A stretch of 30,348 nt of DNA from a virus (lineage: Duplodnaviria > Heunggongvirae > Uroviricota > Caudoviricetes). Under the pieces are notes generated by a model that made no database searches, was not told the DNA's origin, and saw only the letters and a program-made list of their open reading frames with translations. Position 1 is the first letter of the stretch. Each line of letters begins with the position of its first letter. The DNA is taken from the IMG/VR virus record IMGVR_UViG_2568526312_000003; one strand, given 5' to 3'. This document shows, one piece after another, positions 9,117 through 18,290 of the stretch. Made by a program: the position numbers and the translations under genes.

Positions 9117-9435
9117 CTGATGTATGTCTCCGTCACCGCCGACAGAAAATGAAAGTAAAGGAAAACAAAAAGCCGCCAGTGTCGCCCACTGACGGCCAAC
9201 GCCGGGAGCCGTGATTATGGCATTCAGGCTCTGCTAAAAATGCCAGATAACATTCCGGCTCCCCCCCCTGATTCAGGTTATAAATGACACAATATCTTGA
9301 CAACACCCATCACTGTCTGTCAGAAAATGTACTGCCAGATATAAGTATCATGTGAAACCCAACTATCCTTCTTAGCCAGTATGAACCGCCCCGGAAATCC
9401 TGGAGACTAAACTCCCTGAGAAAGAGGTAAACAGG

Positions 9436-9762
9436 ATGACTAAAAATACTCGTTTTTCCCCCGAAGTCCGTCAGCGGGCGATTCGTATGGTTCTGGAAAG
9501 TCAGGATGAATATGACTCACAGTGGGCGGCAATTTGTTCCATTGCCCCAAAGATTGGCTGTACGCCGGAGACTCTGCGTGTCTGGGTTCGCCAGCATGAG
9601 CGGGATACCGGGGGCGGTGATGGTGGGCTCACCAGCGCTGAACGTCAGCGTCTGAAAGAGCTGGAACGTGAAAATCGTGAACTGCGCCGCAGTAACGATA
9701 TCCTTCGCCAGGCTTCCGCTTATTTTGCGAAGGCGGAGTTCGACCGCCTCTGGAAAAAATGA
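9436..9762 (+). CDS. IS629 transposase OrfA (HTH)
   Basis: 108 aa [22 protein letters not shown]... matches IS629/IS3-family OrfA as recalled. Confidence 0.9.
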   Translation: MTKNTRFSPEVRQRAIRMVLESQDEYDSQWAAICSIAPKIGCTPETLRVWVRQHERDTGGGDGGLTSAERQRLKELERENRELRRSNDILRQASAYFAKAEFDRLWKK

Positions 9763-10649
9763 TGCCACTGCTGGATAAGCTGCGTGAGCAGTACGGGGTC
9801 GGACCGGTATGCAGCGAACTGCATATTGCCCCGTCAACGTATTACCATTGTCAGCAACAGCGACATCATCCGGATAAACGCAGTGCCCGTGCGCAGCACG
9901 ACGACTGGCTGAAGAGAGAGATACAGCGCGTATACGATGAAAATCATCAGGTGTACGGTGTGCGTAAAGTCTGGCGTCAGTTGTTACGGGAAGGAATCAG
10001 GGTGGCCAGATGTACAGTGGCACGTCTCATGGCGGTTATGGGACTTGCCGGTGTTCTCCGGGGTAAAAAGGTCCGTACGACCATCAGCCGGAAAGCCGTT
10101 GCCGCAGGCGACCGCGTAAACCGTCAGTTCGTGGCAGAACGACCTGACCAGCTGTGGGTGGCTGATTTTACTTACGTCAGCACATGGCAGGGCTTCGTCT
10201 ATGTGGCGTTTATCATTGATGTGTTTGCCGGATACATCGTGGGGTGGCGGGTCTCATCGTCTATGGAAACGACATTCGTGCTGGATGCGCTGGAGCAGGC
10301 GTTGTGGGCCCGTCGTCCGTCTGGCACCATCCATCACAGCGATAAAGGCTCTCAGTATGTGTCACTGGCCTATACGGAGCGACTAAAAGAAGCCGGATTA
10401 CTGGCATCAACAGGGAGTACAGGCGACTCGTATGACAACGCGATGGCTGAGAGCATCAATGGTCTTTACAAAGCGGAGGTAATACACCGTAAGAGCTGGA
10501 AAAACCGTGCAGAAGTGGAACTGGCCACACTAACGTGGGTGGACTGGTATAACAATCGACGATTGCTGGGAAGGCTGGGCCATACTCCTCCGGCAGAAGC
10601 AGAAAAAGCTTATTATGCTTCCATCGGAAACGATGATCTGGCAGCCTGA
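9759..10649 (+). CDS. IS629 transposase OrfB (DDE integrase core)
   Basis: 296 aa with the DDE region (WVADFTYV...HSDKGSQY...[15 protein letters not shown]); frameshift window ggaaaaaatga at 9752-9762. Confidence 0.9.
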   Translation: MMPLLDKLREQYGVGPVCSELHIAPSTYYHCQQQRHHPDKRSARAQHDDWLKREIQRVYDENHQVYGVRKVWRQLLREGIRVARCTVARLMAVMGLAGVLRGKKVRTTISRKAVAAGDRVNRQFVAERPDQLWVADFTYVSTWQGFVYVAFIIDVFAGYIVGWRVSSSMETTFVLDALEQALWARRPSGTIHHSDKGSQYVSLAYTERLKEAGLLASTGSTGDSYDNAMAESINGLYKAEVIHRKSWKNRAEVELATLTWVDWYNNRRLLGRLGHTPPAEAEKAYYASIGNDDLAA

Positions 10650-10730
10650 GTTCACAGATAAAACACTCTCCAGGAAACCCGGGGCGGTTCAGTACTTCTC
10701 CGACGAAAGTCAGTACTGGCTGTTTTTTTA

Positions 10731-12581
10731 TTATGCTGCCGGTGCATTTATCTCCAGCATCAGACTTTCTATCTCAACGCCATACGCTGCATTTTTTGTA
10801 ACATCCGTCAGCGTCAGCGCATTCAGTCCCAGTGTCAGACTGTCTTTTATAACCTGGAATGCCGGGCCAGCCACTCCATTCAGTTTCGGAGTAACCATGG
10901 CACTGCCGGCGGTGAACACCAGCTCCAGCGTCTGCCAGTCGTTACCGTAATCGCCGAACTCCCCCAGCTTCGTGTTTCCGGCTTTCCTGTGATGCATCAG
11001 ATTCACCCTGCCGTCAGTGGTCTGAGTGAAGTACGACATCAGGAACGGATTACCGGTACCCGTCATCGCCACACCATCAGGAACGGGAGCATCCGTATAC
11101 AGATAAATCCCCAGCCCGAACTGATTGTTGGTCAGTGCGCCTGACAGGCGGAACTTACAGGTCAGTCTGCCGCCCTGTGTCAGCAGGGTAATTGCGTCAT
11201 CCACCGGATGCGTCAGGGACCAGGTTTTATTGCTCTGCCTGGTGATCTTAAATACACCATCTGACAACTGAATTCCGCCATCCTTAATGCTCCAGCCCTG
11301 CGCAGCAGCCTCTCCGGCTGCCGGCAGCAGGGAGATTGTGCGAACGGACGTATCTGCAGACGGACCCGATGGCGTGTTGCCGCCGGGCGAGGGTTTGATT
11401 TCCGGTGCCTTACCACTGATGAAGGCTGAGGTGCGCCCGGCTGCGTTCAGAATAGCGGTTGCCAGACGATCCGGAATAATGCTCCTGCGCGCCCATGAAC
11501 TGAAATGTGTCGGGCGGTTTGATGATACCTGGTTTCCATTCGTTCTCGATGCCGCACCGTAATATCCTGATGCCGGAATATCCGGATCTTCTGCCGGCGC
11601 GTTAGTGGCGGTATTGACGCCGTTACCGTCTGTCATGAAGGGCACAAAATAAACGCCCTCACTCTCCCTGTTTTTATACCCGCCGTACACGGTGTCGTAC
11701 TGGGTAGCGTATGTATTTTTCCAGTAATACGTCGTGTCACCACAAATCCACGGCACATCTGCAGCGCTGCCACCATGGCACTGCGCGTTAAACACGGAGA
11801 GGTCAGCACGAAACTGTGTCAGCATGGCTGTAAACAGCGCAGGTTGCTGTGCGTGGGTGGCGGCGCTCATGTCAAACTCACCCTGCATCCAGCAGACGGC
11901 CAGCAGAACGTTTTTGGGATTTTTCTGCAATGCCGCTTTTGTGCGGGAAATCAGATCCTGATATAACGGCTTGCCCACCCCCCAGCGTGCCGAATCCTGA
12001 CTGGCCCCCGTGGACTCGCTGAATGTCCCCTCCGCGCCCTGGGTAAATGCCGAACCACCACGACAGCATGGTACCAGCAGGATCCCCGCGTTATTCGGGA
12101 TATACGGGAGCAGTTTTTTGGCAATATGTAAACCCTGGCCGACACAGCCGTACTGCCCTTTGCTCAGGTCAGCCCTCGGATGATTCAGCGTACTCATATC
12201 CTGCACATCATGCAGACAGTGGTCAGCCGGAATAATATCGTTATATCTGCAGGCAGCCCCGCCCGGCGTCACTGTACTGCGGCGCGCCAGCTGTTTAATG
12301 CGCGGATCCGGAGCATCGTATGAATCCGGCAGCGGAAGCCCTTCACCGTAAGCCATGGCATTGGACTGCCCGGCCAGTACGATGACGTAGTACCAATCCG
12401 GCTCAGATGAAGGGCCGACCTGTGGCTCTCCTTCAATAGCCACCGCCTGCATCAGTGTGTACGGCGTAATGGCAACCGGTCCGCCGTATGGCTGCCAGCC
12501 CTCTTTCAGTTTGTGTGTCAGCTTTTCCGCAAGGTCTGACGGCGACGCCGCCCTGACAACATCATAATGTTTAATCGACAT
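10731..12581 (-). CDS. nanS: prophage sialate O-acetylesterase (NanS-p-like, SGNH/SASA domain)
   Basis: 616 aa, VLAGQSNAMAYGEG (GQSN esterase motif); location between the Q-tRNA region and the holin matches nanS-p of Stx-type phages. Confidence 0.65.
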   Translation of the reverse strand: MSIKHYDVVRAASPSDLAEKLTHKLKEGWQPYGGPVAITPYTLMQAVAIEGEPQVGPSSEPDWYYVIVLAGQSNAMAYGEGLPLPDSYDAPDPRIKQLARRSTVTPGGAACRYNDIIPADHCLHDVQDMSTLNHPRADLSKGQYGCVGQGLHIAKKLLPYIPNNAGILLVPCCRGGSAFTQGAEGTFSESTGASQDSARWGVGKPLYQDLISRTKAALQKNPKNVLLAVCWMQGEFDMSAATHAQQPALFTAMLTQFRADLSVFNAQCHGGSAADVPWICGDTTYYWKNTYATQYDTVYGGYKNRESEGVYFVPFMTDGNGVNTATNAPAEDPDIPASGYYGAASRTNGNQVSSNRPTHFSSWARRSIIPDRLATAILNAAGRTSAFISGKAPEIKPSPGGNTPSGPSADTSVRTISLLPAAGEAAAQGWSIKDGGIQLSDGVFKITRQSNKTWSLTHPVDDAITLLTQGGRLTCKFRLSGALTNNQFGLGIYLYTDAPVPDGVAMTGTGNPFLMSYFTQTTDGRVNLMHHRKAGNTKLGEFGDYGNDWQTLELVFTAGSAMVTPKLNGVAGPAFQVIKDSLTLGLNALTLTDVTKNAAYGVEIESLMLEINAPAA

Positions 12582-12661
12582 CGAATTTCTCCCGTGTAGA
12601 GGAACAGAGTTAAAAAGCCGGAAGCGGAATCAAATCACAGGATGACCATCTGCCAGTGGCT

Positions 12662-12695
12662 GGTCGTAAAAAAAGGCCGCGCCATGCGCAGCCGA
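12662..12695 (-). terminator. rho-independent terminator (minus strand)
   Basis: Minus strand ggctgcgcatggcgcggcc hairpin followed by ttttttt. Confidence 0.55.
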
Positions 12696-12894
12696 AAATA
12701 AAGGGATAACGATGATAGTTTGAGAAAAACAGAAATAACACTTTTGTGGCAAAGCATGGTGCCGGGTGCCTCCCGGTGAATTCAGTATCAGCACCTGAAT
12801 CCGCGATTACCCCATATTCCTTCTTGCTGATTGCCCCACCGCACAGGGGGATTCACCATGCAGAAGTGTTTTTAATAAACAGCAAACAAAAAAA

Positions 12895-13062
12895 TCAAGC
12901 ATTATGCAGGCTGTTTCTTTTTATCACCGGCCACAGCAATACCATAATGCCGCAGACCAGCACCCCATCCGCCAGCACCGACATGATTCTGCTGGTGAAA
13001 TCCACCATCACCACCAGAAACAGCAGGAGTGCAGCCACAGTCAGGCGCAGTTTTACCGTCAC
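12895..13062 (-). CDS. small hydrophobic membrane protein (55 aa, GTG start overlapping the upstream stop)
   Basis: VTVKLRLTVAALLLFLVVMVDFTSRIMSVLADGVLVCGIMVLLWPVIKRNSLHNA; ctGTGAcgg overlap with the TerB-like gene; not in the ORF track (<60 aa). Confidence 0.4.
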   Translation of the reverse strand: MTVKLRLTVAALLLFLVVMVDFTSRIMSVLADGVLVCGIMVLLWPVIKRNSLHNA

Positions 13063-13491
13063 AGGTAATTCTCCAGACGAAGACCCAGAACACCGGCAAT
13101 CTCTTCCAGCACCTTGCGCTCTTCCGGCTCAATTTCGCCGTCTGCCTCCGCAATGGCCACCGCCACATCCAGCACATCTTCCGCTTCACGCGTATCGTGT
13201 TTCACATCCTCGATCTCACGTAACGCCGCACGACGACCAGTTTTAAAGTTCGTATCCAGCTGACCGATAATGGTTGCGCTAATCGCATTAATTTCTGACG
13301 TAAACGCGTACAGCGCAGGCTGATTACGCAGTACCTGTTCGATCTTCGCTTTCTAGGAAGCCTCACATTCACCATCTGCACAGGCCACCAGGTATGCGGC
13401 GTTAATCACCACCTGTGCCAGATCGCGTTTTTCAAACTTTTTAATTTCCGTTGCCGCTCTGCGGGCTTTTTTTACCAAAAATACCAAACAT
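13059..13491 (-). pseudogene. TerB-like domain protein, inactivated by a frameshift in a T7/A7 run and an in-frame amber codon
   Basis: Minus strand: MFGIFGKK, frameshift at 13467-13473, then EIKKFEKRDLAQVVINAAYLVACADGECEAS, TAG at 13353-13355, then KAKIEQVL...IAEADGEIEPEERKVLEEIAGVLG. Assignment to TerB from recalled motif style. Confidence 0.5.
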
Positions 13492-13660
13492 CGTGACGTT
13501 CCTTTGGGTGGGTGAGCCAACGCCCGGGAGCGATCTGCCCACAGAGAAAGTCACACTGACCACTCCATAAGCTCCCCCCGAAAGGCTCTGTGGTTGGTAT
13601 GCGCCGGGCGTGGTGCGGATACAAAAAAGGTCCGCAAAAGCGAGCGAGGGAAAATAAGTG

Positions 13661-13737
13661 TGGTGCGTTGTACTGGGTTCGAACCAGTGACCGATTGCTT
13701 AGAAGGCAATTGCTCTGTCCGGCTGAGCTAAAAACGC
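13661..13737 (-). tRNA. tRNA-Arg (anticodon UCU)
   Basis: Cloverleaf on minus strand, anticodon loop CTTCTAA, T-arm GGTTCGAAC, 3' CCA encoded. Confidence 0.8.
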
Positions 13738-13750
13738 AGAATACCGATAA

Positions 13751-13829
13751 TGGACCGCCATCGGAGACTCGAACCCCGCGAAACCAGCTTCGAAGGCTGG
13801 CGTTCTATCCCGATGAGCTAATGGCGGTA
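13751..13829 (-). tRNA. tRNA-Arg (anticodon UCG)
   Basis: Anticodon stem CCAGC/GCTGG, loop CTTCGAA, T-arm GGTTCGAGT, CCA end; exact 5' end uncertain by 1-2 nt. Confidence 0.7.
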
Positions 13830-13834
13830 TGTGA

Positions 13835-13910
13835 TGGTGGCCCTTGCTGGATTTGAACCAGCGGCCTGGCGATTATGAGTCGCTCGCTCTCACCACTGAG
13901 CTAAAGGGCC
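13835..13910 (-). tRNA. tRNA with CAU anticodon (Ile2/Met, ileZ-like)
   Basis: GGCCCTTTAGCTCAGTGG...CTCATAA...GGTTCAAATCC...AAGGGCCACCA; 7-bp acceptor stem, anticodon CAT. Confidence 0.8.
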
Positions 13911-14030
13911 GGGCGCAGGATAATAACGTTACGAAATCAATGTTGCAAGCATTCAAGAATCACCTGGTTAAAAATTACCCTTGCTTCCTCCACCAGCGCA
14001 TTCACCATGTCTATCCGAGATAAGTGGCAC

Positions 14031-14060
14031 AAAAAAACCCGCTTGTGGGCGGGTTTTGTT
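14031..14060 (-). terminator. tR'-like intrinsic terminator downstream of Q (late-operon terminator)
   Basis: Minus strand aaacccgcccacaagcgggttttttt, about 60 nt downstream of the Q stop. Confidence 0.65.
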
Positions 14061-14120
14061 TGCTTTTGCCATCACGTACAAAATCGGCAAAATATCAGAT
14101 TTGCATGAAATATATGCCTT

Positions 14121-14816
14121 TCAATCTACTTTTGCAACACTTTGCTTTGAAAATGCCGCCTTTTGTTTTGAACGCGTTCTCATTACAAACAATAAAGCCT
14201 CACTATCCAGTCGGTGAAAAATGTGTTTCATTGCAACCCAGTGACGAGTAAATGTTTTGGACCAGTTTTTAGTTGTCACTCCCACCAGTAATGCCAGCTC
14301 CTTGTATTCATAACCTTCCCCACCAAAAAGTTCTGCTTTTACTGCCTGCGCCGCCAGCCAGATTAATTTTTTCAGGCGTTCCTGCGTTTTCCCTGCAATT
14401 TTTCTGGTACCGGATTGAGTATTAAATTCATTCCACGCCCACTGTGTTATCGCGATCTGATATTCCCAACAAATACTCCCGCTGTAACACCACAACAACC
14501 AGGCTTTATGATGTTCTTCAAGAGACAGAACAGCCCGCCGCCACGATGATGTCGAAAACTCAACCGGACTGACCAGAGGAATTGACGTCACCTTCGCCAG
14601 CGATTGCTTTCCCGGGATTGGTGGATTATCCCGCGTTATCATTTTTCCAGTCACTTCATCGCGGTACCGGATTTTTTTTCGCCTGTAACGCCCTGTATCG
14701 AACATGGCATTCTCCTGCCAGGCTTCAAGCTGACCTTTTGTTGCCCCACTCAAATCGGCGGTAGCGATAATGAGCAGCTCACGCACAAACTGTAAATAGT
14801 GGTTATTCATGCGCAC
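14121..14816 (-). CDS. Q: late-gene antiterminator Q (phage 82/Stx-phage type)
   Basis: 231 aa with TKGQLEAWQENAMF motif; located upstream of tR', the tRNAs and the lysis genes. Confidence 0.7.
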   Translation of the reverse strand: MRMNNHYLQFVRELLIIATADLSGATKGQLEAWQENAMFDTGRYRRKKIRYRDEVTGKMITRDNPPIPGKQSLAKVTSIPLVSPVEFSTSSWRRAVLSLEEHHKAWLLWCYSGSICWEYQIAITQWAWNEFNTQSGTRKIAGKTQERLKKLIWLAAQAVKAELFGGEGYEYKELALLVGVTTKNWSKTFTRHWVAMKHIFHRLDSEALLFVMRTRSKQKAAFSKQSVAKVD

Positions 14817-15166
14817 TCCAGTTCTGTGATTTTTATCCCCAGCCGCTCACCAGGAACGAGCTGACCGCGCACAATATTGATTTCATCAAACTGCTCATCG
14901 TCCATTAGCAACCCCGCATGCGTCAGCGCATCCAGCGGCGCTTTCAGAATATTGTCCAGGTCACGGCGGCGCTTATCCGGTGGCTCGGCAATAATCTTTA
15001 TCGCCAGCCTTCCGGACAGGCTTAATTTCAGCCGCTGCTGGCGAACAATAAGCGCCACAGCCCGGCGATAACGCTCACCGGCTTTTGATACAAAATATGT
15101 GCTGCCACGACGTCGCCAGTAGGTGTTCACCGTCGGCGGGTAAGGTAAAACCAAATCTATGAGCAT
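14807..15166 (-). CDS. rusA: Holliday junction resolvase RusA
   Basis: 119 aa, PPTVNTYWRR...PDKRRRDLDNILKAPLDALTHAGLL matches RusA. Confidence 0.85.
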   Translation of the reverse strand: MLIDLVLPYPPTVNTYWRRRGSTYFVSKAGERYRRAVALIVRQQRLKLSLSGRLAIKIIAEPPDKRRRDLDNILKAPLDALTHAGLLMDDEQFDEINIVRGQLVPGERLGIKITELECA

Positions 15167-15178
15167 CAGTCACCTCTT

Positions 15179-16228
15179 TTACCCGAGCACGCCAGTCGCA
15201 AAGGCGTGATCAAGAAAACGAAAAATTAACTCAATCTGAGAGCCGTACTTTTTCTCAAACTCCAGCGGGTCTGCATGAAGTTCGTTGTGGTGCTCCCGGC
15301 ACAACGGTAGCGTGAAAATATCGTGGGCCTTTGTCCCCATTCCCCCCTGACCATGACCAATCAGGTGATGCGGATCGTCAGCAGGCTTACCACAACACGC
15401 ACACGGCTGTGTCTTTACCCAGCGCGTGTATTTCTCATTAACCCAGCGGCAACGTTTAGGCCGCCTCATGAACGATTCAGGAGACTCCGGATCAACGGCG
15501 ATACTGACAACCGTTTTTTTCTGTGGTGGATTTTGTTGCTGGTGGACGTGAAGTGGCAGCGCAATATTTTTTGTGCGCTGCTTCAGTATGCTGATGGCTG
15601 TCTGTTCTCCCGGTACGATGTCACTCTCACGGTATACGGAGCGGATTTTTTCCGCTGGTAATCCCAGCGAACGACGCGCTACTGCCTCAGGTAGTGCATC
15701 CACCACCTGATTGCAGGCCGCCCACCAGGATAATTCAGCCAGCGATAATTCACGCTCCTGTGTGCCATTCATTGCGTGACGAATGACGTCAATCATCCAT
15801 GCTGACAGGTTTTGGTGAGCAAGTTGCTCAAGTGATTCGGAGGTCTGGTCACGCAACTGGTTGTCGCAGTGCCAGCACAACACCATTGCGCCGGTACCAT
15901 AACGGTGAATGACGGTTTCACTGTGGTGATAATCGCCGTGTGGCCACTGGCAGGATTTAACATGGCGCAGTAACCAGTCAGACAGTGCGCCAGCGCCACC
16001 CGCAGCACGAATCACTCGTTCGTCGCTGAAAAATGGCAGTAATGATTTATCCTCCGCCAGCGGCTGGCGAACGGCAGGAACGACCCCGGACGGCAGATTA
16101 CGCATGCTTTTCGGTTCCGGCTCCACCAGTACCCGGGTATTGTGGAATACCGGCATGGATTCACGGCCCGGCTTAACGATCACCAGCCCGAGTTCCGGTA
16201 CCAGAACAGGTCGAAGTAATACCCGCAC
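15179..16228 (-). CDS. DUF968-type prophage protein (YdfU-like) with C-terminal HNH-like Cys/His motif
   Basis: 349 aa; C-terminus CACCGKPADDPHHLIGHGQGG...LCREHHNELH; position between rusA and hok matches the Qin ydfU neighbourhood (memory). Confidence 0.6.
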   Translation of the reverse strand: MRVLLRPVLVPELGLVIVKPGRESMPVFHNTRVLVEPEPKSMRNLPSGVVPAVRQPLAEDKSLLPFFSDERVIRAAGGAGALSDWLLRHVKSCQWPHGDYHHSETVIHRYGTGAMVLCWHCDNQLRDQTSESLEQLAHQNLSAWMIDVIRHAMNGTQERELSLAELSWWAACNQVVDALPEAVARRSLGLPAEKIRSVYRESDIVPGEQTAISILKQRTKNIALPLHVHQQQNPPQKKTVVSIAVDPESPESFMRRPKRCRWVNEKYTRWVKTQPCACCGKPADDPHHLIGHGQGGMGTKAHDIFTLPLCREHHNELHADPLEFEKKYGSQIELIFRFLDHAFATGVLG

Positions 16229-16229
16229 G

Positions 16230-16507
16230 TTACCTCCAGATGCGTTGCTGGAATGTGCGGGACGGACGCGGTGGGCGTTCGGAGTAAGGAAGCCTGACGG
16301 AGATTATCCAGTGACGATAATCGAGACTGAGGGCTTTCTTAACCTCGTATCCGCGCCTGCGGTAACACTGAATCAGCCATTCAGCCTGTTCTTCGGTGCA
16401 GGGGTCGTGCTGATACCAGTCAGATTTGAATGCATGAGAACGCCGCCCGTGCCTGCTGGCAGGGGCGGCAGAGTTATCCGAATTGTAAAATTTGGTATCG
16501 TGCGCCA
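16230..16507 (-). CDS. hypothetical nin-region protein (91 aa from the internal ATG; track ORF extends to 16637 across a terminator)
   Basis: Coding-like composition after the 16579-16607 terminator; no motif recognised. Confidence 0.4.
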
Positions 16508-16578
16508 TCTGTTTTCTCTGCTGGCGCAGCAGGTGCCAGTTGTTCAGGCTGACGGATGGATTGTAAACCAGAACGACC

Positions 16579-16607
16579 AGAAAAAACAAAACCCGCCGAA
16601 GCGGGTT
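16579..16607 (-). terminator. rho-independent terminator downstream of hok
   Basis: Minus strand aacccgcttcggcgggtt hairpin followed by ttgttttttct. Confidence 0.6.
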
Positions 16608-16675
16608 AAGTGCGGGTGCGTTGAGGATGCCTGACACATCAGCGGTGGCGAGGGATTTCTCCCCCGCCTGGTCTC

Positions 16676-16831
16676 TTACTCCTCAGGTTCGTAAGCTGTG
16701 AAGACAGCGACCTCCGTCTGGCCGGTTCGGATTCGTACCTCGCAGAGGTCTTTCCTCGTTACCAGTGCCGTCACTATGACGGTTAAACAGATGACGATCA
16801 GGGCGATTAACATCGCCTTTTGCTGCTTCAT
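16676..16831 (-). CDS. hok: Hok/Gef family type I toxin (HokD/RelF-like), with in-frame Mok-like upstream extension to 16888
   Basis: MKQQKAMLIALIVICLTVIVTALVTRKDLCEVRIRTGQTEVAVFTAYEPEE; SD aggaga; 70-aa in-frame extension resembles Mok. Confidence 0.85.
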   Translation of the reverse strand: MKQQKAMLIALIVICLTVIVTALVTRKDLCEVRIRTGQTEVAVFTAYEPEE

Positions 16832-17074
16832 AACCTGCTTCTCCTTGCCTTTCGGCGCGTAAGAGGCTAACCTACGTTTGTGAAGCATAGATTGGGCCTC
16901 AGATTAATGTTAAGCGTCTTGCAGGACGCGTAATGTTAACTGGGGCTTTTCTCTGTCTGCCTTACGGTGGCATGCCCGAGGCAGACAGCCTCAAGCACCC
17001 GCAGCAATTCTACTTAACTCTCGCTTTACAGCAAACCGTTTTGCCCGATATGGGAATTCCCATACGGAATGAAT

Positions 17075-17179
17075 TCAGTTCCCCAGGCGCTCCATCAAAA
17101 ACACAACCAGGCAGTAAACACCCACAACAGCAATAACAGCCAGAGCGCCTTCCATTACCAGTGAAATATCATCCGACAT
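17075..17179 (-). CDS. 34-aa hydrophobic peptide (candidate small membrane protein)
   Basis: agggaggg SD 6 nt before ATG; MSDDISLVMEGALAVIAVVGVYCLVVFLMERLGN; not in ORF track (<60 aa). Confidence 0.35.
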   Translation of the reverse strand: MSDDISLVMEGALAVIAVVGVYCLVVFLMERLGN

Positions 17180-17288
17180 ATTCCCTCCCTTGGTGTGAAT
17201 CCCGGCGAACGTTTTTACCCCCACCGACAAATAACATATACTAGAAAAGCAATAGCTATAGCAACGCCTGCAAATGCATCTGGCCGGC

Positions 17289-17852
17289 TCATTGGTTCTC
17301 CCCCTGTGTCGCTTCTACTGCGATCTGACTGGCGTATTCGTTAATGGTAACGATAAGTTCTTGCTCGGCCTCATCCAGACAACTACCGATACCTCGCCTG
17401 TCCACTTCAGAAGCATCGAAATCTGCACGAAGCCTGGCGACCTTCAGGATTGCGGACAACACCTCATCAGGGATTGCCGGAGAGTTGGTTGACGTTTCCG
17501 AGATTATCCGAAAATTATTGGTTGACGAACCCTTATTTTCCCGAAAGTTTCCAGCCTGAAGCATGGCGGCGCGGTGACACCAGATAATCCAGCCAAGCGC
17601 CATATCCCATGCCATGTATTCTCTATCGCCATTTTTTGCTCTGCGGCGATCTACAGATTCCCCGAAACGCTTCTCCATAAATAATTCATAGGCTGCCCGT
17701 TCATCCGATACTGATGCCAGTGATGCCAGTGCAATTTTTAATGCGGTAAGCATGTTGTTTTGATCTTCATCGAGTCCGAACGGTATTTCATCCCGTGATG
17801 ACTCAATTCCGGTAATCGTGTTCTGTAGCCATTCTTTGGTTAATTCAGTCAT
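17289..17852 (-). CDS. hypothetical nin-region protein (187 aa)
   Basis: Long intact ORF in operon orientation; no motif recognised. Confidence 0.5.
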   Translation of the reverse strand: MTELTKEWLQNTITGIESSRDEIPFGLDEDQNNMLTALKIALASLASVSDERAAYELFMEKRFGESVDRRRAKNGDREYMAWDMALGWIIWCHRAAMLQAGNFRENKGSSTNNFRIISETSTNSPAIPDEVLSAILKVARLRADFDASEVDRRGIGSCLDEAEQELIVTINEYASQIAVEATQGENQ

Positions 17853-17978
17853 TTTTCACTACCGCCCTTTCGGGCGGTCTCCTGATGTTCTGAGGGTGCA
17901 GGAATCCCTCCGGTTAAGGATTTAATAAAAATCATTTCTGATTTAAATTTTCAGTGTTTAGTTGTTGGTTTATAGCCT

Positions 17979-18290
17979 TTATGCTTCGGCCTTATTTCTC
18001 AGCCATACACAAACAGGACCATCTTCGGTGTCATGTATCGAACCGATAAACCATCCCTCACCTTCTGGTCGCTCAGGTTCCCATGCTGAAATATCAGGGC
18101 CATCTGCGTCCAGATTAAAATCATCTTCATCCATACTACGGATAGCCCACTGAAGATTATTTTTCTCCATCCAGGCGTTAAACTCTTCCGTTGAAATATA
18201 TTCCCGACCATCACAGAATTTTTCATATTCAGGATGCGTCCAGCAGCCATATTCATTACGTTCCACTGGCATTTCTTTAATTACGCTCAT
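17979..18290 (-). CDS. hypothetical acidic protein (103 aa)
   Basis: Intact ORF whose start overlaps the stop of the upstream gene by 4 bp. Confidence 0.5.
   Translation of the reverse strand: MSVIKEMPVERNEYGCWTHPEYEKFCDGREYISTEEFNAWMEKNNLQWAIRSMDEDDFNLDADGPDISAWEPERPEGEGWFIGSIHDTEDGPVCVWLRNKAEA

Larger units (their letters stand above)
9382..10691 (+). mobile_element. IS629 (IS3 family), 1310 bp, 3-bp target duplication GTA
   Basis: Terminal inverted repeats TGAACCGCCCCGG at both ends; GTA at 9379-9381 and 10692-10694; orfA/orfB with -1 overlap on an A6 run. Confidence 0.9.

Noticed and set aside
8975-9199. 74-aa minus-strand ORF overlapping the holin start
   Set aside because: Alternative frame across the holin; cysteine/tryptophan-rich and not protein-like, whereas the 68-aa frame matches S21 holins.
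12746-13246. 166-aa plus-strand ORF
   Set aside because: Antisense to the TerB-like and small membrane ORFs; proline/histidine-rich and not protein-like.
12582-13660. Shiga toxin genes (stxA/stxB) expected between the tRNA block and nanS-p
   Set aside because: No ORF with the size or signal-peptide pattern of StxA/StxB; the interval holds a TerB-like pseudogene and a small membrane ORF instead.
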